From Actinomycetota bacterium (GTDB lineage: Bacteria; Actinomycetota; Acidimicrobiia; Acidimicrobiales; JAMCPL01), in contig JAMCPC010000122.1 in NCBI GenBank assembly GCA_023379725.1, positions 1 through 44,097 on the forward strand: a DNA stretch of 44,097 bases, read 5' to 3'. The notes below the pieces were generated by a model that was not told the origin of the DNA, did not search any database, and saw nothing but the letters and a program-made list of their open reading frames with translations. Shown piece after piece: positions 38,006 through 44,097 of this stretch (the stretch's first letter is position 1; each line of letters starts with the position of its first letter). The position numbers and the translations under genes are program-made.

Positions 38006-39187
38006 ATGAACACTTGGGCAATCATCGTTGCCGCCGGGAAAGGGGAGCGCTTTGGCTCTATGAAGCAACTGGAGTTGCTCAGCGGTAAGGCGCTGACTGA
38101 ATGGTCACTGGAACTATTCAGCAGGCTGGTCGAAGACGGGCTGGTCGAGGGTATTGTGCTGGTGGTACCTCCTGATGGGCTTGGCACTTACCTACCACAG
38201 GAAAAAGTTACCAATACTCCGGGCGGGACTTCAAGTACACCAAGTGTACATATAGTTGCGGGAGGTGATAGCCGATCAGCCTCGGTACGCTCCGGACTGG
38301 CAGCTGTACCCGAAAGAGCTGAAGCAGTGGTAGTGCATGATGCCGCAAGACCGCTGGCAAGTCCTGAGCTGGCAAAGTCCGTAATAAATGCCGTACGTAA
38401 TGGTGCCTCTGCTGCAATACCAGCCTTAGAGATAGTGGATACCATGAAAGAGGTAGAGGGCAGCAAGGTACTGCGAACCCTTGATCGGACGCATTACGTT
38501 ACTGTACAGACCCCGCAAGCGTTCAGAGCGAATGTACTCAGGCGAGCACATGAGTCAGGACACGACACTACAGATGATGCTACCCTTGTAGAGATGATCG
38601 GAGAAGACGTAGTGACAGTTCCCGGAGAAAGGAACAATATTAAGGTAACTACCACTGACGACCTTGTACGCCTGAATCGCTTGATGGGACCAGAAAAGAC
38701 TGGACCGATGTCTAAGCTGCGAATAGGCAATGGGTTCGACATGCACCGCTTCGGTCACAGAGACAGCCATCTGGTGCTTGGAGGAATCAATATCCCTCAC
38801 AATAAGAGCCTTATGGGGCATTCGGATGCCGATGTCCTTACACACGCCGTGATTGATGCCCTACTGGGTGCTGCCGGACTGGGAGACATAGGACACCATT
38901 TTCCCGATACGGATCCGCTCTGGTCGGGAGCGGACTCTATAGAGATGCTCAGGCAGGTAGTAGAAATGCTACACAACCAGTCGTACCATATAGTGAACAT
39001 AGACGTCACCGCAATTGCAGAGAGTCCAATACTGTCACCATATATCGTATCTATTCAGTCTCGACTCAGTGAAGTAACGGGTGGAGGCATCAATGTCAAG
39101 GCTACATCGCCCGAGGGTATGGGAGCGCTGGGCAATGAGGAGGGAATAGCCTGTCTCGCTAGTGCACTTATAGTGATGGTGGCATGA
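38006..39187 (+). CDS. ispDF: Bifunctional IspD/IspF (MEP cytidylyltransferase / MEcPP synthase)
   Basis: The N-terminal half has AIIVAAGKGERFG (IspD). The C-terminal half has RIGNGFDMHRF...GHSDADVLTHA (IspF). Confidence 0.9.
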   Translation: MNTWAIIVAAGKGERFGSMKQLELLSGKALTEWSLELFSRLVEDGLVEGIVLVVPPDGLGTYLPQEKVTNTPGGTSSTPSVHIVAGGDSRSASVRSGLAAVPERAEAVVVHDAARPLASPELAKSVINAVRNGASAAIPALEIVDTMKEVEGSKVLRTLDRTHYVTVQTPQAFRANVLRRAHESGHDTTDDATLVEMIGEDVVTVPGERNNIKVTTTDDLVRLNRLMGPEKTGPMSKLRIGNGFDMHRFGHRDSHLVLGGINIPHNKSLMGHSDADVLTHAVIDALLGAAGLGDIGHHFPDTDPLWSGADSIEMLRQVVEMLHNQSYHIVNIDVTAIAESPILSPYIVSIQSRLSEVTGGGINVKATSPEGMGALGNEEGIACLASALIVMVA

Positions 39188-39332
39188 TATGTTACTATGG
39201 CGTTCCGAAACTCGTTGCCGATATAGTATCTCAGTACGATATCTGAGCACAGTATGGCAACATGATATACCTGCACAGGTACGACATATCAGCACGACGA
39301 GCCAGTACGTCAATACAGAATCGAGGTGATAT

Positions 39333-40208
39333 ATGAGACGTTCCGATCGCACATCAGCTCGGACACTACGCCGAGCACCTGCACAGGCAGTCTCGGGACG
39401 CCGACCTGTCAGCCGTGACCCACGAACTACTCAATCATGGAATGATAACGAGATAGGGGGGGAACAGGTAGAGGGTCGTAGGTCGGTATTGGAACTATTG
39501 TCTGCCGGAAAGCGCAAAGTGTACGAGGTACTCCTGGAAGAAGGAATGGAAGCCTCCCCAATACTTGATGCGATAGAAAAAATGGCTGCAAAGCGGCATG
39601 TGCGAGTAATAAACATGCCTCCAGCTAAATTGGACAGGGAGGCCAGATCACACTCTCACCAAGGGGTAATAGCCAAAGCAACTCCACTGGATACATACAC
39701 GATAGACGACCTGGTCATGAAGGCAGGGTCTGCTCCATTCATTGTAGTTCTTGACAGCATCACGGATCCGCACAACCTGGGTTCCATATTGAGAAGCGCC
39801 GAATGTGCCGGAGCAACCGGGGTTGTCATACCGCGCCATCGCAGTGCGCATGTCTCGGCTACGGCAACCAAGGTAGCATCTGGAGCCATAGAGCATCTTG
39901 ACTTTGCAGTCGTGGGGGGCATCCCTACGGCTATTCTTGAACTGGACAAGTTGGGGGTAACTGTTATAGGGCTGGACCCATCTGCACCACGTTCATTGTA
40001 CGATATACCTATTCATGCGCCTGAACCGGTAGCGCTGGTACTGGGATCCGAAGAAAAAGGCATGAGTGCGCTCAGTAAAAAAAGATGCTCCATGATGGCA
40101 TCTCTCCCTCAGGTCGGTCGGATAGCCTCCCTGAACGTATCAGCAGCTGCTGCAATAGCACTATATCGTGTAGCACACTTACGCTATCCTGGGGGGCATC
40201 TCAATTAA
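39333..40208 (+). CDS. rlmB: TrmH/SpoU-family 23S rRNA 2'-O-methyltransferase (RlmB-like)
   Basis: VLDSITDPHNLGSILRSAECAGA, LVLGSEEKGMS, and a C-terminal SLNVSAAAAIALY knot region. Confidence 0.85.
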   Translation: MRRSDRTSARTLRRAPAQAVSGRRPVSRDPRTTQSWNDNEIGGEQVEGRRSVLELLSAGKRKVYEVLLEEGMEASPILDAIEKMAAKRHVRVINMPPAKLDREARSHSHQGVIAKATPLDTYTIDDLVMKAGSAPFIVVLDSITDPHNLGSILRSAECAGATGVVIPRHRSAHVSATATKVASGAIEHLDFAVVGGIPTAILELDKLGVTVIGLDPSAPRSLYDIPIHAPEPVALVLGSEEKGMSALSKKRCSMMASLPQVGRIASLNVSAAAAIALYRVAHLRYPGGHLN

Positions 40209-40245
40209 TACGCCCCGCTTCAGCCCCGCTTCAGCCCCGCCTCAA

Positions 40246-41868
40246 TTAGTACGCCCCGCTTCCCTGGTAGTAATCCTTATATTCCTTGCGCAACAGATGC
40301 TTCTGTACCTTACCTGTAGCGGTACGAGGCATCTGGTCGACGAAAATTATGGCCTTTGGAGCCTTGAATGAAGCAATTCTCTCCTTGGTCTTGGCTATCA
40401 CCTGCTCCGGATCAAGAGTGACTCCTTCACGACATATAGCTACGGCAGTGATAGCCTCACCCCACCTATCATGAGGAAGCCCTATCACGACTACCTCCAT
40501 GATGCCTTCTTCGGCGGCATATATAGCTTTTTCTACCTCTATGGAAGCCACATTCTCGCCACCGGTCTTTATGACGTCTTTGGTGCGATCGTCAAACCAT
40601 AAAATACCGTTCTCGTCAAAGTGGCCGGTATCACCCGAATGAAACCAACCATACTGAAATGCCTTTGAGGTAGCATTCTGATCGTCTAGGTATCCCTCCA
40701 TTGCATGAGGGCCTCTATACACTATCTCGCCCACCTCGTCCGGAGACAGTATATTGCCATTCTCGTCCATAATGGCAGTCTGGATGTTGATTATCTGGCT
40801 ACCCACCGAACCGGGGTACAGTAGCTGGTCATCGGGCTTAAATACCGTAGTCAGAGGTGCCATTTCAGTCTGACCGAAACCCAATGCAAATTCGCACTTA
40901 AACTCCTCAATTGCCCGCCTCAAATCCTTATCTGGCATAGGAGCCATCGCATAGAGTGCACGTCTCAAACTCGACAGATCACGCTTATGGAGATCCGGAT
41001 GGTCAAGCATAATGCGATACATCATCGGCAATCCGAAAATAAAGGATATCTTCTCTCTCTCTATTGTTTCCAATAAAGCCGTAGGGTCGAATGTTCGAGC
41101 TACAAAAATAGTCCCGCCTACCATGATCGTTGGCGTGATCACTCCATTCAACTGTGCAGTATGGAAAAAGGGCATCATAGCTACCGTTCGTTCCGATTCG
41201 CTGAATCCTGACTCTACGACACACGTTAACGATTCAATGTATATAGAGAGATGGCTGCCGACCACCCCCTTGGGAGCAGAGGTAGTACCACTTGTATACA
41301 GATATGTCAGAGGATCCCTGTCTTCCACGTAGACCAGAGGCTCGCTGCTATCTCCCTCATCAAGGAGATTCCAAAAGCGCTGGACGCCTGAGTTGGCTCT
41401 CTCTGATAGTTGATTAGCAGATAGTTCTTCGTCTCCTACCCCGGGTGCCAAGACTACCTCTTTTAAGGTCTCAACGCTATCAAGCGACGAAAGCAGCTTT
41501 TCAGCGAGTTGACTCTCTACGATTACAGCCTGCGCCTTACTGTGACCGAGCACGTATCGAATCTCATCTGCTCCCCACCCCGTATTGATCGGAACGCATA
41601 CCACGCCCAGTTTCGCGCAAGCATAGTAAGTGAGTAGGAACTCCAGACTGTTCCCTGCCAGAAGAGATATTCTGTTACCCCTCTTGTAACCATGGACAGC
41701 AAGCGAGTTTGCCAACTTATTTACCTGCTGATTCAACTCTTCATAGGTAAGTCTCTTCTCGCCGTCGACTACTGCCAGCTTCTGCGGCATCCTCCACGCT
41801 GTCCTGGTAAGAGTATCACCGACGTTCAGTCTATTTATTATGTTGCGATTTTCTGTAACCAAGTCCAT
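40246..41868 (-). CDS. AMP-dependent acyl-CoA synthetase/ligase
   Basis: The AMP-binding motif LYTSGTTSAPKGV, plus GWFHSGDTG and TATGKVQK. The start is uncertain (41868 or 41913). Confidence 0.85.
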   Translation of the reverse strand: MDLVTENRNIINRLNVGDTLTRTAWRMPQKLAVVDGEKRLTYEELNQQVNKLANSLAVHGYKRGNRISLLAGNSLEFLLTYYACAKLGVVCVPINTGWGADEIRYVLGHSKAQAVIVESQLAEKLLSSLDSVETLKEVVLAPGVGDEELSANQLSERANSGVQRFWNLLDEGDSSEPLVYVEDRDPLTYLYTSGTTSAPKGVVGSHLSIYIESLTCVVESGFSESERTVAMMPFFHTAQLNGVITPTIMVGGTIFVARTFDPTALLETIEREKISFIFGLPMMYRIMLDHPDLHKRDLSSLRRALYAMAPMPDKDLRRAIEEFKCEFALGFGQTEMAPLTTVFKPDDQLLYPGSVGSQIINIQTAIMDENGNILSPDEVGEIVYRGPHAMEGYLDDQNATSKAFQYGWFHSGDTGHFDENGILWFDDRTKDVIKTGGENVASIEVEKAIYAAEEGIMEVVVIGLPHDRWGEAITAVAICREGVTLDPEQVIAKTKERIASFKAPKAIIFVDQMPRTATGKVQKHLLRKEYKDYYQGSGAY

Positions 41869-42007
41869 AGCACAAGTGTAGACATATTTACTACGCTTTG
41901 CAGGACAATACATCTCTAAATTGTCTGCAAACGCGATGAATGGGCACTACCTGCATAGCCACAGTGTAGTACCCATCCATATGGTCTATAGGGGAGAGTT
42001 CGTAATT

Positions 42008-43501
42008 TTAATTCGAAAAGCCGGAAACAGCCTGCGGATGAGTCCCCATGGCACCCGATTCGATGCTCTCTCCTGAGGCATCCTCCAGGTTGCGACCCAT
42101 AGGTTCGGGCAGGGCAACTATGGTGAGCAAAAGCCCTATCGCTGACACGCCAGCCATGACGCCCATCACGCCCGACAGGTGAATGGTCTTGAGCAGCGTA
42201 GGAACCAAAAGGGCTCCGAGGAAAGCTCCTGTCTTGCCACCAGCGGCGGAGATCCCGTCCCCGGCACCTCGAATAGATGTCGGGAATATCTCTGACGGAT
42301 AGACAAACGTGGTCTCGTTGGGACCGAACTCAATGAAGAAGTAGCTGATCCCGAACACCACCAGAAATGCCCATGGGTTCTTGGCCATTCCAGGTATGAC
42401 CGCAATTGCCCCGAATGCGAGCGCCATGACAAGAAAGCCCTGCCATTGGATTCGCTTCCGTCCCATCTTGTCCATCAGGAATACCGCCGCCCAATACCCC
42501 GGTACGGCAAATACGGCAAAGATAGCTCCTGCGATCAATACATTGTCCAGCAGAGTGGCTTTCGGCTGGAGAGCCTTCAGAATCAAGGGACTCGATACCG
42601 AGTTGCCATAGAAGGCAATATCCATGAGGAACCAGGTTCCCGCTGTACCAAAGAGCCGGAGCAGGAACGGCGAGTCAGTCAGCCTGTAGTGAAGCTTCCG
42701 GATGGTGGCACCCGTTGATCCACCAGTGCTCAAATCTCCATTGCTCCTGCCCTCTGCTGCAAGGCTGCCTGAGATGGACCCGTTGGCCTGCACCGCTGGA
42801 GTGGACCCGGTCACCCAGGCCGCCGTCTCAATGGTAGCTGCCACGTCTCCCTTCACCGCCAAGGTGTAGCGCGGAGTCTCCTTGATCTTGCGGCGCAGGT
42901 AGATTACTGAAGCAGCCGGGATGGCTCCAAGACCGAGCATAAGTCGCCAGGCCAGTGCGTGAGACATGCCTGCGCCAAGGAGTATCGCGGCAACTGCCGG
43001 ACCGGCAAGTAACCCGAAGCCCTGCATGGCGAATACGGTACCGACGAGCCGCCCGCGGTTCTTGCGGTTGGCATACTCGGAGGTGATCACCGCAGAAGTG
43101 GCATAGTCGCCTCCGACCCCAATCCCGACAAGGATACGGAAAGCGAACAGCACTGCGAAGTTCGGTGAGAATGCCGAAGCAACAGCACCCAGCACCAACA
43201 GCATGACTTCTATCCCGTAGACGGCCTTGCGCCCGAACATGTCCATGAGCTTGCCAAAGGTCAGAGCCCCGACTACTGCTGCGATCAGCGAAATCGAGTT
43301 CAGCAGAGACAGCTGGGCTGTATTCAGATGCCAGATGGGAGTCAGGATTGCAGTGACCGTTCCTATAATGAACAGATCATAGGCATCGGTGAAAAAGCCC
43401 ATCCCGGCAGTAATCACCGTCAGCCAGTGCTTGCTGTTCAGAGATGCATCATCGAGAGTCTTGTAAGCTGAATGAGAACTGCCTCTCTGGCCGGTAGTCA
43501 T
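42008..43501 (-). CDS. MFS transporter, Pho84-like inorganic phosphate/H+ symporter (PHS) family
   Basis: GFFTDAYDLFIIG, FGRKAVYG and VGGDYATSAVITSEYANRKNRG are typical of the family. Confidence 0.8.
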   Translation of the reverse strand: MTTGQRGSSHSAYKTLDDASLNSKHWLTVITAGMGFFTDAYDLFIIGTVTAILTPIWHLNTAQLSLLNSISLIAAVVGALTFGKLMDMFGRKAVYGIEVMLLVLGAVASAFSPNFAVLFAFRILVGIGVGGDYATSAVITSEYANRKNRGRLVGTVFAMQGFGLLAGPAVAAILLGAGMSHALAWRLMLGLGAIPAASVIYLRRKIKETPRYTLAVKGDVAATIETAAWVTGSTPAVQANGSISGSLAAEGRSNGDLSTGGSTGATIRKLHYRLTDSPFLLRLFGTAGTWFLMDIAFYGNSVSSPLILKALQPKATLLDNVLIAGAIFAVFAVPGYWAAVFLMDKMGRKRIQWQGFLVMALAFGAIAVIPGMAKNPWAFLVVFGISYFFIEFGPNETTFVYPSEIFPTSIRGAGDGISAAGGKTGAFLGALLVPTLLKTIHLSGVMGVMAGVSAIGLLLTIVALPEPMGRNLEDASGESIESGAMGTHPQAVSGFSN

Positions 43502-43629
43502 CGGACACCCCTAACGGTAAGGCTTACGCTCTGGACTGAGCTGGAAATGTAAAATAAAGATACGCCAGCATCAATGGCTGACTGACATCTTATACACTCC
43601 CATAATTTGGTTTTCATACTGTTTGTCAC
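43498..43629 (-). CDS. Candidate small upstream ORF (43 aa from GTG) translationally coupled to the MFS gene
   Basis: AAGGAGG, a 9-nt spacer, then GTG at 43629. Its stop overlaps the MFS start as ATGA. The peptide contains a single CxxC (ECIRC). I recognise no homology. Confidence 0.25.
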   Translation of the reverse strand: MTNSMKTKLWECIRCQSAIDAGVSLFYISSSVQSVSLTVRGVR

Positions 43630-43794
43630 TCTCGACATCCTCCTTGTGTTGTATGCCTTAATCGTTACCATTCTTACTAACCGCTTCAATGCGGTTACGA
43701 TGTCATTATCTACACCCTGATTGAACGATAGGGTAAATTAAGGTGAACTTAGGGTTAACTCTTGGTGAATAATTACTCATTTCTCATCCGATTG

Positions 43795-43838
43795 ACTTGA
43801 GCAGATGCAGCGGGAACCCATGATTATTTACTAGACAC
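43795..43838 (-). repeat. Terminal fragment of the MITE-like repeat (A6)
   Basis: gcagcgggaacccatgattatttactagacacaca matches the reverse complement of the family's left end. Confidence 0.5.
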
Positions 43839-43871
43839 ACACTAACTTCATATTGAGCTAATATATGAAAC

Positions 43872-43963
43872 GGAGAGGTGCGAGAGCGGCCGAATCGGAC
43901 TCACTGCTAATGAGTTGACTTGGGAAACCGGGTCCGAGGGTTCAAATCCCTCCCTCTCCGCCA
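43872..43963 (+). tRNA. tRNA-Ser (anticodon GCU), CCA encoded
   Basis: Acceptor GGAGAGG/CCUCUCC, D stem CGA/UCG, anticodon stem ACUCA/UGAGU with loop CUGCUAA, long variable arm GACUUGG-GAAA-CCGGGUC, and T arm GAGGG-UUCAAAU-CCCUC. Confidence 0.9.
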
Positions 43964-44048
43964 ATTGGCGGCTCTTCAGCTCTTCGCTAACGGGACAATC
44001 ATGTCATTGGATGTCACGATAGCTTGGATGGTGCGCTAGATTATCCAC

Positions 44049-44097
44049 ATGGCCAAAAGCTACTGGATAGAGTCGTTGGGATGCCCAAAGAATAAAG
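44049..44097 (+). CDS. 5' end of a radical-SAM methylthiotransferase (RimO/MiaB-like); partial at the window edge
   Basis: MAKSYWIESLGCPKNK matches the characteristic N-terminal SLGCPKN motif. Only 16 codons are visible. Confidence 0.45.
   Translation, partial: MAKSYWIESLGCPKNK

Overview
This 44-kb chromosomal window comes from a moderate-GC bacterium. Its gene content and synteny look actinobacterial: crgA, carD-ispD/F-rlmB, sigH-rsrA, clpC, radA and disA. That taxonomic placement is an inference. About 33 protein genes are supported, plus one tRNA-Ser(GCU). I saw no rRNA, CRISPR array, transposase or prophage.

The main result is on the minus strand. A well-conserved guanidine-I (ykkC) riboswitch at about 14240-14127 sits directly upstream of a tightly packed gene string: an arginase-family ureohydrolase, an APC permease, and ureA-ureB-ureC-ureF-ureG-ureD. 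This reads as a riboswitch-gated route from guanidine (or a guanidino compound) through urea to ammonia. There is no ureE and no HypA/HypB-like nickel chaperone.

The second result is a dense family of MITE-like intergenic repeats. At least 8 copies or fragments have about 20-nt terminal inverted repeats. Two copies carry an identical nested 162-nt palindrome-closed insert that shows compensatory base changes. One of these composite copies lies inside the urease operon, between ureA and ureB.

Other features:
- An assimilatory sulfate cluster (cysH, then divergent cysD-cysN and a siroheme-synthase-like gene).
- Several perfect short tandem repeats.
- A 5'-truncated NCS1-type permease with a Cys-rich tail.
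- A coiled-coil protein with a PD-(D/E)xK-like domain.
- Low-complexity insertions in several housekeeping proteins.

All calls come from reading the sequence and ORF translations by eye. No database search was run.
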